From contig OY970340.1 in NCBI GenBank assembly GCA_963717465.1, positions 1,504,001 to 1,568,000 on the forward strand: 64,000 nt of DNA. The letters are read 5' to 3'. This document shows, piece by piece, positions 1 through 9,737 of the stretch. Position 1 is the first letter of the stretch. Every line of letters starts with the position of its first letter. The notes under the pieces were generated by a model that saw only the letters and a program-made list of their open reading frames with translations, was not told the DNA's origin and did not search any database. The position numbers were made by a program, and so were the translations under genes. This stretch comes from Candidatus Bathyarchaeota archaeon. GTDB taxonomy: Archaea > Thermoproteota > Bathyarchaeia > Bathyarchaeales > Bathycorpusculaceae.

Positions 1-902
1 GTGTAAACAAGAGGCACCGCCTGGTCACAGGGCACCGAAATTGCTTTTCGGACTCCAAGATTCATATCCCACGGGTTCGGGTACTCAATTGGGCAGGTAT
101 CTCTGCATTCTCCGCATCCAGTGCAGTTCTGCGCGATAACGTAACGAGGATTTTTGCGAACCTTCACATGAAAGTTGCCGATGAATCCTGACACGCCAAC
201 TAAATCTGCAAAAGAAATAATTTGGATGTTAGGGTGACGACCAACATCAACCATTTTTGGTCCTTCAATACAAATGCTGCAGTCAAGCGTTGGAAACGTC
301 TTGTCCAGTTGAGCCATGTGTCCGCCGATGCTTTCGCTTTTTTCAACAAGGTACACTTTGATGCCCATTTCTGCTAAATCTAAAGCAGCGCTTATTCCAG
401 CAATTCCACCGCCAAGCACCATTGCCTTGTTCGTAACTGGAACTTCAATTCTTGTTAACGGTTGAAGCAATCGGGCTTTTGCAACCGCCATCTTTATTAT
501 ATCTTTAGATTTTTCCATGGCTTCTTCAGGCTGTCCAGAATGAGGCCACGAAGAAAACTCGCGGATGTTCGCTATCTCAAGCAGGAACGGGTTTAATCCA
601 GCCTCGGAAATTGTTCTCCTAAAAGTCTGCTCATGCATTCTTGGGGAGCAGGCAGCCACTACAACACGGTTAAGCTTGCTTTCTTTGATTGCTTTGCGTA
701 TTATTTCTTGTCCAGGATCAGCGCATAAGTACCGGTTTTCTTTAGCAACGACGACATCCGGCAACGTTTTTGAGAATTTCACAAGAGCCTTTATGTCCAA
801 TGTTCCAGCAATGTTCAATCCACAATGACAAATGAAAATGCCTATCCGTGGTTTTCCTATCTTTTGCTCAGGCGCTACATCAATTTCCGACGCGAGATTC
901 AC
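1..902 (-). CDS. hdrA: Heterodisulfide reductase subunit A, Cys-encoding paralog; 3' part runs off the window
   Basis: Manual translation: [15 protein letters not shown]...[12 protein letters not shown]...VLGGGIAGISAALDLA...[25 protein letters not shown]; open frame from a possible GTG at 902 to the window edge. Confidence 0.92.
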   Translation of the reverse strand, partial: MNLASEIDVAPEQKIGKPRIGIFICHCGLNIAGTLDIKALVKFSKTLPDVVVAKENRYLCADPGQEIIRKAIKESKLNRVVVAACSPRMHEQTFRRTISEAGLNPFLLEIANIREFSSWPHSGQPEEAMEKSKDIIKMAVAKARLLQPLTRIEVPVTNKAMVLGGGIAGISAALDLAEMGIKVYLVEKSESIGGHMAQLDKTFPTLDCSICIEGPKMVDVGRHPNIQIISFADLVGVSGFIGNFHVKVRKNPRYVIAQNCTGCGECRDTCPIEYPNPWDMNLGVRKAISVPCDQAVPLVY

Positions 903-1157
903 CTCTTATGGGGTATTATGCGTAAATTTAACAAAAAGGATGTTCCCAACCCAATATATATTGATTTATTGCGCCAATCATGCAAATGAGCGGATAAGAT
1001 TAGAATTTGTAATTTTCCCGTAAAGTTTTTGACTTAAAGGGCTAAAGCATGGAAAAATTATCAAAGTGAAGACTAAAATATTTATGTAGCGGAGCATCGA
1101 GGATAAACATTGATTTGCTTGTTATATGATATGCTTTCAAGTTAAGAAGGAAAATCC

Positions 1158-1706
1158 ATGACTCAAGCACCTGTACCAAATAATAAAGAGCCCATAAAAT
1201 CTTCTGAGATGGACCCGAATTTTAAGCGTGAACTCATGAAAATGCATGGGAGCGAAAAAATTCTCAGATGTTACCAGTGTGGAACTTGCACTTCTGATTG
1301 CCCTGTAGCACGCTATAGTGATTCTTACAGGCCGCGAACATTAATTCATATGGCTAAATTAGGCCTAAAAGACCGAGTTTTAAAGAGTGACACTTTATGG
1401 TTATGCGCTGCTTGCTTTACATGCACTGACCGTTGTCCACAAGGTGTTGAAGTAGCAAATGTCATTCGGGTACTGCGCAATTTAGCCGTTGAAAACGGAT
1501 GCGTCCCCGATGTTTTCAAGGAGCAAACCGCAAGCCTACTTGATTCAGGGTACGCTTACAAAATTCCAGAGTTAAGAATCAAAAAACGTGAAACAACAGG
1601 GTTGCCACCCTTGCCAAAAGGAAACGCGGAAAACTTGCGTAAAGTGCTCAAAGGCGTTAAATTTATAGATAACATTCAAAAACCGGTGGAGTCACATGGT
1701 CAATAA
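1158..1706 (+). CDS. hdrC: Heterodisulfide reductase subunit C
   Basis: CYQCGTCTSDCP and CAACFTCTDRCP 4Fe-4S motifs; overlaps the hdrB start. Confidence 0.92.
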   Translation: MTQAPVPNNKEPIKSSEMDPNFKRELMKMHGSEKILRCYQCGTCTSDCPVARYSDSYRPRTLIHMAKLGLKDRVLKSDTLWLCAACFTCTDRCPQGVEVANVIRVLRNLAVENGCVPDVFKEQTASLLDSGYAYKIPELRIKKRETTGLPPLPKGNAENLRKVLKGVKFIDNIQKPVESHGQ

Positions 1707-2577
1707 ATTCCTGTTTTTCCTCGGCTGCGCTATTCCTTATCGTGTGTCGTCGTACGAGATTTCGGCACGAAAAGTTCTCTTTAAGCTTGGCGTTGAATTG
1801 GTTGAGATGCCTGAATTCAATTGCTGTGGCCTTCCGTTTGATCCGGTTAGCCACGAAACAATGCTTATTCTTGCAGCAAAGAATTTGGCGTTGGCTGAGC
1901 AGCAAAAACTGGACGTGTTGACTTTATGCCCTGGATGCGCTGGAACGCTAAAGAAGGTTAACAAGAGTCTGAAAGAGGATAAAGTGTTAAGAGCAGAGAT
2001 TAACGCTCACCTAAAAGAAGCAGGATTGGAATTCAAGGGAACCATCAATGCTAAACACTTGCTTCAAGTGCTCAAAGAAGATGTGGGATACGATAAAATT
2101 AAGGCTGCAGTTACTAAGCCGTTGAGTAACTTAAAGGTTGCTGAACACAATGGCTGCCACATTTTAAGACCAAAAGAGTATATTGGGTTTGATGATCCAG
2201 AAGATCCTAAGACACTAAGAGAACTGATTGAAGCTACGGGTGCAACATGCCTTGATTACATGGATAAAACTGAATGCTGCGGAGCACCAAGCGTAGGAAT
2301 CAACGATAAAATTGCGCTTCAATTAGCAAGAGACAAACTTAACCACGTGAAAATCGTTGAAGCCCAAGCATTAATCACGATTTGCCCGTTCTGCCACATA
2401 ATGTACGACACAAACGAGCTAAGAATCGAAAAAATGTTCAACGAAACCTACGGCATCCCCATAATCCATTACCCACAACTGCTCGGGTTAGCTATGGGCA
2501 TGACTCCCGAAGAATTAGCATTCAACGAGCTACGAGTCAACGCATTAAAACTCCTAAACAGCCTCAAAAATCAATAA
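1696..2577 (+). CDS. hdrB: Heterodisulfide reductase subunit B
   Basis: Two CCG domains (FLGC...NCCG...CPGC; HNGC...ECCG...CPFC). Confidence 0.93.
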   Translation: MVNKFLFFLGCAIPYRVSSYEISARKVLFKLGVELVEMPEFNCCGLPFDPVSHETMLILAAKNLALAEQQKLDVLTLCPGCAGTLKKVNKSLKEDKVLRAEINAHLKEAGLEFKGTINAKHLLQVLKEDVGYDKIKAAVTKPLSNLKVAEHNGCHILRPKEYIGFDDPEDPKTLRELIEATGATCLDYMDKTECCGAPSVGINDKIALQLARDKLNHVKIVEAQALITICPFCHIMYDTNELRIEKMFNETYGIPIIHYPQLLGLAMGMTPEELAFNELRVNALKLLNSLKNQ

Positions 2578-2882
2578 TTTTCCAATGGTTAGAAAAACAA
2601 CGGCTTGAATTTGCGGATTTAATTTTTTAAGGGCAGAGCTAATTTTTAGAAAAAGCATATAATGTTAAGGCTGATTAGCTAAAAAAGCAACAAATGCCTT
2701 CTGAAGTCATATATACTTTTTCTTTTAAAAGAAAACCGAATGGATTCCACGTATTTGTATTTAGGCGACTCAGTAGGCGACATCCATCGTGTCCCTCGCA
2801 AACAAATACGAAACAAGTTAGATCTTTTTGAGTTTAACTAAAATTTAATAGCGTGTGCTTCATAGAAATTCTTGGTGATTCT

Positions 2883-3344
2883 TTGATAAGTAACATATTA
2901 GTAGCTAATGATTTTTCCGAGAACGCAAATAGAGCGTTAGATTTTGCCGCCGATTTGGCAGAAAAATTAAACGCCTCAATAACTGTCGTAAATGTCATTC
3001 AATATGTACCTGGAATTGTTAAAGCTGCTGGAATTGATTCAAGTGGGTGTGGGTCAGAAACAGGAATACCTGTTCCAGAAAACTATTTTATCGATATGAG
3101 GAAAATGAGCGAGGAAGCAATGGCTAAGGTTGTTAACAAGGTTAAAGGCCTTAAACCTAATTTGAGGGTTTCCTCTATAGTTAAAGCAGGTTCTCCAGTG
3201 AATGAAATAATTAGTATGTCAGAAGATTTTGACATTATTGTAATTGGTCACAGCGGTCAAGATAGTTTGCGTGAAGCTTTTATGGGTGTTAATAGTGAAA
3301 GAATTGTTAATATGGTAAAATGCCCCGTCTTAGTCATCCCATAG
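2883..3344 (+). CDS. Universal stress protein (UspA family)
   Basis: NILVANDFSENANRAL...DIIVIGHSG...MGVNSERIVNMVKCPVLVIP; TTG start after GGTGA. Confidence 0.88.
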   Translation: MISNILVANDFSENANRALDFAADLAEKLNASITVVNVIQYVPGIVKAAGIDSSGCGSETGIPVPENYFIDMRKMSEEAMAKVVNKVKGLKPNLRVSSIVKAGSPVNEIISMSEDFDIIVIGHSGQDSLREAFMGVNSERIVNMVKCPVLVIP

Positions 3345-3594
3345 CTAAAATAGACAGACTCTCCTTTGTAGAACATAGAAAAGAATTACGTGTCTCAAAA
3401 ATGAATTTACCCATGTGAACTCTTACTACTTTCCTAATAAGCTTAACCTACCACCTTTCTCACAATCTCTTCTTAATCTGCAAGAAGGCATACCACTTAC
3501 CCATACGAGGCTCTCCCTCACCATCGTCGCCGCACACGTATCAGAAGGGACGAGTAGTTTACATTTGAAAAAAATTGATGATATTTTCTATGGT

Positions 3595-4854
3595 TTAAAC
3601 TTGAAACGGAATTTTGAAGGTTTCAAGATAAGCCTTAGCTGAATATTCCATATTTTCCAGCGGCGAAGTAGGATCAAAGCCTATCGCATGTCTGGTTCTA
3701 TATCCCTGTGTAGGATACGCCGCAAATATCTTTGCTTGTCGCTTCCACATGTCAAGAATTCTTTGTTTAGGGCCGTCCAACATAGTTTTCACGTCAGCAC
3801 CGCACATTGCTGTAACGTTATTAAATTTCCTAGTCATCTTGTACCATTCCTCTATAGGCGGTGACTCAGAGTGTCCTAAAATACCAATGCAACCACCGTT
3901 CTCAGATGCGATTTGACTAACGATTTCCATTGTGACTAAAGGTGCTTCTGGAGCAAACCCGCATCTAAATCCTTTTTTTGCAGCATAAGGAACATCGGAA
4001 CCGTAAGTGAGAGGCAAAGTTCTCTTGAACTCTTCAAGATTAAAAAAGCTTGCGGCATCGCACCACCATAGCCAATTGCCTTTTCCGCTCTCATCTAGGT
4101 CAGAATCTAGTACGCTTATCATTCTGTCAATCTTTTTGTGGAGGAATTGAGATGAGCATTTAAGAATTAGTTCGGCCATTTCAGGATTTTTACGCATATC
4201 AACCAAAAGATTTTTGATTCCTCTAAGGAAGCTAGCGCCAGATATAGTGCCAGGACAAACCGATCCGTTTACCACAAATTCTGGGAAGAATTTGAATGAT
4301 TGCCTAAGTAACCATAGATATGACGGGTATGTCCCTTGTAGTGCGGGATCAGGCATATTATCTAAGAAGAACAGTGCGTCTTCTCTGGATTTTAGTAAGG
4401 GTTCAATGGATAATGGTGGACCGTATTCAATCAATCGGTATTTTGAGCTAAGTACTTCTTCGGCGTAACTGAAATTATTAGGAGCGATCAGGTCGCTGAG
4501 CCAGAACTTAGTTGTCCATATCACTTGTCCGAGGAAATCTAAGTTTGGATAATTTATCATGTCTCTTTGTCCAAATACTGATGGGGTTTCAGCGAATGCA
4601 TCAAATACCCTGGGCATGGCATTGTGAACTCCTGAACAGAGAATGGATAGGCGATCGAGTGGCCCATTGCTAAACTGAGTCCTTGCGAGCCGCTCTCTTG
4701 GTGTTAATTGTTCTTCGCCCTTTCTCTCCATAATTCTTTGGCGGCACTTCGTAATAATGAACTCTTCAGTTTCACTCCACTGATAAGTAAATGGAGCTTT
4801 GTTAAGAGTTCTAAAATAATCACCGTTTATTTCTTGAGGTATTCTTAAACTCAT
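3595..4854 (-). CDS. Uroporphyrinogen decarboxylase/MtaA-fold protein, probable corrinoid methyltransferase component
   Basis: LTPRER...DRL N-terminal motif and GSVCPGTISGASFLRGIKNLLVDMRKNPE; paralog of 8169-9437; near a corrinoid protein gene. Confidence 0.72.
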   Translation of the reverse strand: MSLRIPQEINGDYFRTLNKAPFTYQWSETEEFIITKCRQRIMERKGEEQLTPRERLARTQFSNGPLDRLSILCSGVHNAMPRVFDAFAETPSVFGQRDMINYPNLDFLGQVIWTTKFWLSDLIAPNNFSYAEEVLSSKYRLIEYGPPLSIEPLLKSREDALFFLDNMPDPALQGTYPSYLWLLRQSFKFFPEFVVNGSVCPGTISGASFLRGIKNLLVDMRKNPEMAELILKCSSQFLHKKIDRMISVLDSDLDESGKGNWLWWCDAASFFNLEEFKRTLPLTYGSDVPYAAKKGFRCGFAPEAPLVTMEIVSQIASENGGCIGILGHSESPPIEEWYKMTRKFNNVTAMCGADVKTMLDGPKQRILDMWKRQAKIFAAYPTQGYRTRHAIGFDPTSPLENMEYSAKAYLETFKIPFQV

Positions 4855-5162
4855 GATTTCGCCTCGCACGCTATTTGCTAATGATTGTCTCTGAAGTTAG
4901 CTATTATTAAATTCTAGTCAATTGCACATGTGCGAGCAAGGGAAGGATAGAACGGATTAAAATTTAATCCCCAAATCCAAATCCAAAACCTAAAAACGTG
5001 GGATGCGTCTAAGAAGTGCAGAAAAAGCAGTATTATGCTCTTTATGCCCCTTGCCAAATTATTGTTCCCAAAAAACATCAAAGGCACGCTAGACATAGTT
5101 ACTCTGCAATTGTTAAACTCGCATCCAATGCCTGGTCATGAATCATAAAGCATTTTTCTTTG

Positions 5163-5892
5163 GTACATTTTAACCGAATATAATTTGCAGCTTCAAAGGT
5201 TCGGTTTGTGGCCCTTCAAGTCCTATCAGGCCTTTCAGTATGGCCGACATAGGGGATAATGTTTGTCCATTATTCCTTTGAAGGTTTCTGTTGTCCAACT
5301 TAAGGTTACAACTGCCTGATCCTTTTTAATTGCCTTTTCAAATTTCTCAAGGATACCTTCCATAGATAGCTTATACCAGTATCCAACGTTTGCATCAGTG
5401 TATATAACCTGAAATGCCTTGCCCCAACCTGTCATAACTTCCGCATTTTCCCTAATTCTATCAGCCATTCTATTTGCAAGTTCATCAGCTATCTTTTCCT
5501 TACTTTGTGACAATTTTTTTCACCGCAGTTTAATTCCTCTAAATCTTTTATATAATTGAGTTCGTTTTATTGAGTTCGTTTTACTTGCAATGCACTAGAA
5601 GAAATAGGTTTACAGGCAAATAGCTAACAAGTTAAGCTTCTCAATTTTGAAAAAGTGCTCCAAAGAATGCGTGGGGATCACAGAAAGGCTTCAGCAACTA
5701 TCTTTGGATGAAAACGGGGTTCTGAGAGAAAAATAAAGGATTTGAGGGGAGAATTAGCCTTTGGTTACCAGTAAGTTTGAATTTCTAGAGGTTGACCGTT
5801 TAGTTTTTAGTGAAAAGAAATATGTAAGTGAGGGATTCAAGGAAAAACAACTAGCATTTCGTCCTTTTGCAACGTCCTCAAAAATATAAACG
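5163..5892. repeat. Segmental duplication copy 1 (SCP2 gene plus divergent promoter region)
   Basis: Direct repeat of 6669-7385; intergenic part nearly identical except a 14-bp tandem duplication at 5555-5582. Confidence 0.95.
5170..5513 (-). CDS. SCP2 sterol-binding domain protein, copy 1 (1-nt frameshift near 5272)
   Basis: Colinear with 6676-7020; 344 vs 345 nt; restoring one A gives ...LSPMSAILKGLIGLEGPQTEPLKLQIIFG*. Confidence 0.7.
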
Positions 5893-5940
5893 TACAAGGC
5901 AGCACACCAATCAGGATAATGCATAGGTGTGTATATTATC

Positions 5941-6495
5941 ATGTCAACAGGAGAAGTAAAAGAAGTAAAAAAAGAAGTAAAAGAAAGTGGTTTGGAAAAA
6001 CAAAAAGCGGAATTTGAAAAACTTTTAATAAACGTTATGATAAAACAGGTAGGAAAGTTGCATGAGGGTATTAGCCAGCTCAGTGGCGAGGCGCAAGATA
6101 TGATGCTCCGGAAGGTCTCTGAAGCATCGACTGAATTTGCGAAAGAAATGTACCCTCGTATGCTTGGCCGTACCATCGATACTTTGACCGTTGATGAGAT
6201 GATGAAAATGGCAGAAATAATGGAGAATTCGGCTTCCGTGTTTTATGGTAATGGAGAGCCGGTAAGTATAACCAGAAAAGGTAACATTATAACATGGCAA
6301 GGCTGTAAAGTATGTTATGACCCCAGTATTACGAAGGGGTGGGTAAAGCCATACCCTGCTTATTGTGATTGGTGCAACAAGTATTATTTTGAAGATATTT
6401 TCAAGATTGCTCATAAAGGGCCAGTGAAGGTGAAGGGTCTCAAAAGCGTAATTCGTGGTGATGGCACGTGCCTTACCCAGATAGAATTGCTTTAG
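5941..6495 (+). CDS. Cys-motif V4R-like small ligand-binding protein (DUF6144-like)
   Basis: CKVCYDP...YCDWC...SVIRGDGTCLTQIEL pattern. Confidence 0.5.
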   Translation: MSTGEVKEVKKEVKESGLEKQKAEFEKLLINVMIKQVGKLHEGISQLSGEAQDMMLRKVSEASTEFAKEMYPRMLGRTIDTLTVDEMMKMAEIMENSASVFYGNGEPVSITRKGNIITWQGCKVCYDPSITKGWVKPYPAYCDWCNKYYFEDIFKIAHKGPVKVKGLKSVIRGDGTCLTQIELL

Positions 6496-6668
6496 ATGCC
6501 TGAACCTGCTTCCACTGCAAGGTTTCATCAACTTTCTTCTTTTCTTCTTTGAATTGGCTAAAGCGCGCCCTTAGACCCATATGGTTCAGGGAAAAGGGAA
6601 AGAAATAATGAATTGTTTTGGTTAGAGCGGAAAGAGTCCAGGCCCAATAGTGGGATGGATTTTCTTCC

Positions 6669-7385
6669 GTACATTTTATCCGAATATAATTTGCAGCTTC
6701 AAAAGCTCCGTTTGTGGCCCTTCAAGTCCTATTAGACCGTTCAGCATAGCCCCCATAGGTGACAATTCTTTGTCAAGTATTCCTTTGAATGTATCTGTCT
6801 TCCAACTCAAGGTTACCACGGCTTGATCCTTTTTAATCGCTTTCTCAAATTTCTCAAGATTACCATTCATATCTAACTTGTACCAGTATCCAACATTTGC
6901 GTCAGTATATATAACTTGAAATGCCTTACCCCAACCGGCCAACAGATCAGCATTTTCTTTAATTCTATCAGCCATTCTATTTGCAAGTTCATCAGCTAGC
7001 TTTTCCTTACTTTGTGACAATTTTTTTCACCGCAGTTTAATTCCTCTGAATCTTTTATATAATTGAGTTCGTTTTACTTGCAATGCACTAGAAGAAATAG
7101 GTTTACAGGCAAATAGCTAACAAGTTAAGCTTCTCAATTTTGAAAAAGTGCTCCAAAGAATGCGTGGGGATCACAGAAAGGCTTCAGCAACTATCTTTGG
7201 ATGAAAACGGGGTTCTGAGAGAAAAATAAAGGATTTGAGGGGAGAATTAGCCTTTGGTTACCAGTAAGTTTGAATTTCTAGAGGTTGACCGTTTAGTTTT
7301 TAGTGAAAAGAAATATGTAAGTGAGGGATTCAAGGAAAAACAACTAGCATTTCGTCCTTTTGCAACGTCCTCAAAAATATAAACG
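6669..7385. repeat. Segmental duplication copy 2
   Basis: Direct repeat of 5163-5892; identity ends just after the AAAATATAAA box. Confidence 0.95.
6676..7020 (-). CDS. SCP2 sterol-binding domain protein, copy 2
   Basis: AVVTLSWKTDTFKGILDKELSPMGAMLNGLIGLEG matches the SCP2 C-terminal pattern. Confidence 0.75.
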   Translation of the reverse strand: MSQSKEKLADELANRMADRIKENADLLAGWGKAFQVIYTDANVGYWYKLDMNGNLEKFEKAIKKDQAVVTLSWKTDTFKGILDKELSPMGAMLNGLIGLEGPQTELLKLQIIFG

Positions 7386-7421
7386 ATTAAGGCACCACTA
7401 ACAATCGAGGTAAATGTAATA

Positions 7422-8147
7422 ATGCCTTTAGTTGAAATCATCAAAGAACTTAAGGACGCATTCTACGCGCAGGACGATGCAAAATGCCCACAACTTACGA
7501 AGAAAGCTTTGGAGGCAGGCGTTGATCCACAGGAGCTGCTTGAAAACCATCTTTTAGCTTGGACAAAAGACATCACTGGCAGAAGCATTTTTGACTCATG
7601 CCGTGAAACCGACGGTACAGCACCTCCCAAGGCAGAAAATGCAATAATGCTCTCGGAACTGGTAGCAATCGCTGACTGCCTCATGGCTTCAGTAGCTGTC
7701 TTAAAGCCTGAATTAGAAAAGCGAGCCGTGAAGGTGGATAGCCCTGGGCGAATCGTAATTGGAACTGTCGAGGGAGACGTCCACGACATAGGGAAAAGTT
7801 TAGTTGGTTCTATGTTGCAATCAGCTGGATACGAGGTTTTCGACCTGGGATTTGATGTGCCAGCCAAGAATTTTGTCACGGAAGCAAAGCTCCATAAGGC
7901 CGATATCATCGCTTTAAGCTGCTCGATGGCCATGTCAAGGACAGTAATGAAAGAAGTAGTCAACGAATTGAAAAAACTTAACATGCGTACCAATGTGAAA
8001 ATCATAACTGGTGGTCAAGCATCCTTTGATACTGATGTACAAACTTATGGTACAGACGCATTTGGCGCCAGCATCTCTGCGGCAATATCTCAATCTAAGG
8101 AAATGATGAGAATTCTCAAGGAAGAGAGAACAAAAAATAAATCATAA
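7422..8147 (+). CDS. Corrinoid (B12-binding) protein, MtaC/MtbC-like
   Basis: GTVEGDVHDIGK (DxHxxG), IIALSCSM and IITGG motifs; N-terminal cap domain. Confidence 0.92.
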   Translation: MPLVEIIKELKDAFYAQDDAKCPQLTKKALEAGVDPQELLENHLLAWTKDITGRSIFDSCRETDGTAPPKAENAIMLSELVAIADCLMASVAVLKPELEKRAVKVDSPGRIVIGTVEGDVHDIGKSLVGSMLQSAGYEVFDLGFDVPAKNFVTEAKLHKADIIALSCSMAMSRTVMKEVVNELKKLNMRTNVKIITGGQASFDTDVQTYGTDAFGASISAAISQSKEMMRILKEERTKNKS

Positions 8148-8168
8148 TAAAAATTTGGAGGTATAAAA

Positions 8169-9437
8169 ATGAATATAGAATGGAATAGTGAAGAAAATAA
8201 GGGGCAATACCCACGTACATGGAATAGTGCGAATTTTCACCTCGAATACACAGAGATAGAGGAGCTCATTATTAGTAGGTGCCACCAAAAGATTGTGGAA
8301 AAGACTCAAGCTGATAAATATACACCGCGCGAGAGATGCATGAGAGCTTATCATGGCAGTGATCCAGATCGGATTCCAATTGTTAACGCATTTTCGCCAC
8401 CAGTTGCTACTAGAATCTTTGATAGTTTTGGTGAGACGCCGCCAGTAGTTCATAACAGGGATTTCATTGAATTTCCAGAATTGCACATGCTTTCGATAGC
8501 TTTGTGGTATTCTAGGTTTAAGTCTGACTTTATACAGCCTATTTCTAATACCTTTGGTGAAGAATTGGTCACCAAGAAGTTTAGGCTTATTGAACACGGT
8601 CCGCCGTTGGCTGTTGAACCCTTCGCTAAAACTAAGGAAGACATGGAATGGTTCTTGGATAACGTGCCTGATCCCGGTCACAGAGGAATTTACCCCCTAA
8701 CGCTATGGATTACAAAGCAATGTATGAAAATTATGCCGGAACTTCTCACTGAAGGTAGTTGTTGTGCCGGTCCGCTTGCAGCGGCTACATTTTTCAGAGG
8801 ACCTAGAGAATTTCTAACCGATGTACGTAAGAATCCTGAAATGGCAGACTTGGCTCTCAAATGCGTTTTAAAATTCTTCTTAAAGAAAGTTGATAGAATG
8901 GCGGAAGCACTAGGACCTGTATTTAATGCTGATACGCCGAACGGTAATATAATGTTTTGGTGTGATGGCGGAGGCGCTTACCTAACACTTGAAGAGTTCA
9001 AGAGAACTTGGGATCTACATTATGGAACCACTATTCCTTATTGTGCAAAGAAGGGCATTAATCCCCGCATTGCTCCTGTAGCATCAAAAGATCATGACGC
9101 ATTAATCATTAAGATTATGGATGAGAACATCGGCGGAGAACTTGATGATTCTGATGAAGTGCCACCTGTGGAGGATTTCGTTCCAGTGTGGGAACAACGT
9201 GACAAGAAAGATAATAAAGTCTTTGGGTTAGCTGGTCCCCAAACTAGAAGTATATTGCTTGGTGAAGAAGCAACTCGCAAAGACATGTTAAGATTTGCAG
9301 GTCTTCTCGCAAAAACTCCTGAAAAAGGTCTAAGAGCGGCGACCGGTATAGTTGCTGATGCTAATACGCCGTTGACGAACATAGATATGGCGAATAGGTT
9401 GGTGTTTGAGCTATTCAAGTATCCAGTGACTGTTTAG
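8169..9437 (+). CDS. Uroporphyrinogen decarboxylase/MtaA-fold probable corrinoid methyltransferase
   Basis: YTPRER...PDRIPIV and GSCCAGPLAAATFFRGPREFLTDVRKNPE; immediately downstream of the corrinoid protein gene. Confidence 0.75.
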   Translation: MNIEWNSEENKGQYPRTWNSANFHLEYTEIEELIISRCHQKIVEKTQADKYTPRERCMRAYHGSDPDRIPIVNAFSPPVATRIFDSFGETPPVVHNRDFIEFPELHMLSIALWYSRFKSDFIQPISNTFGEELVTKKFRLIEHGPPLAVEPFAKTKEDMEWFLDNVPDPGHRGIYPLTLWITKQCMKIMPELLTEGSCCAGPLAAATFFRGPREFLTDVRKNPEMADLALKCVLKFFLKKVDRMAEALGPVFNADTPNGNIMFWCDGGGAYLTLEEFKRTWDLHYGTTIPYCAKKGINPRIAPVASKDHDALIIKIMDENIGGELDDSDEVPPVEDFVPVWEQRDKKDNKVFGLAGPQTRSILLGEEATRKDMLRFAGLLAKTPEKGLRAATGIVADANTPLTNIDMANRLVFELFKYPVTV

Positions 9438-9737
9438 GCTATGAATAATATACTCCTGCATAAAGAAAGCAAAAGTAACAGACTACGAAAAGAACGATGC
9501 TTACAACTCCCTTTCTCTCCCTTTTTTGATCTTCGTTTACGTGAAAGCGGTGAAATCTTTTTATAGTTAACTATATTGTCGGTTAATTTGTTGATGCTTC
9601 AGATTGCTACTCGCATGTGAATTGAAGTTGTCAGGTAAGAAGCAGCTAGTTCACTTGAAAGGTCACTTAGACAGGGCAATCTAGAAAGTTTTAAATGAAA
9701 CTAACTTCTATGACATAGTCGGGCGAGGGGGATACAT

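Noticed and set aside
3490..3560. GC-richer patch resembling a group II intron 3' end
   Set aside because: Domain V pairing could not be built and no RT gene is present
5754..7444. Minus-strand ORFs 5754-6176 and 7247-7444 sharing a C-terminus
   Set aside because: By-product of the duplicated intergenic DNA, antisense to real genes
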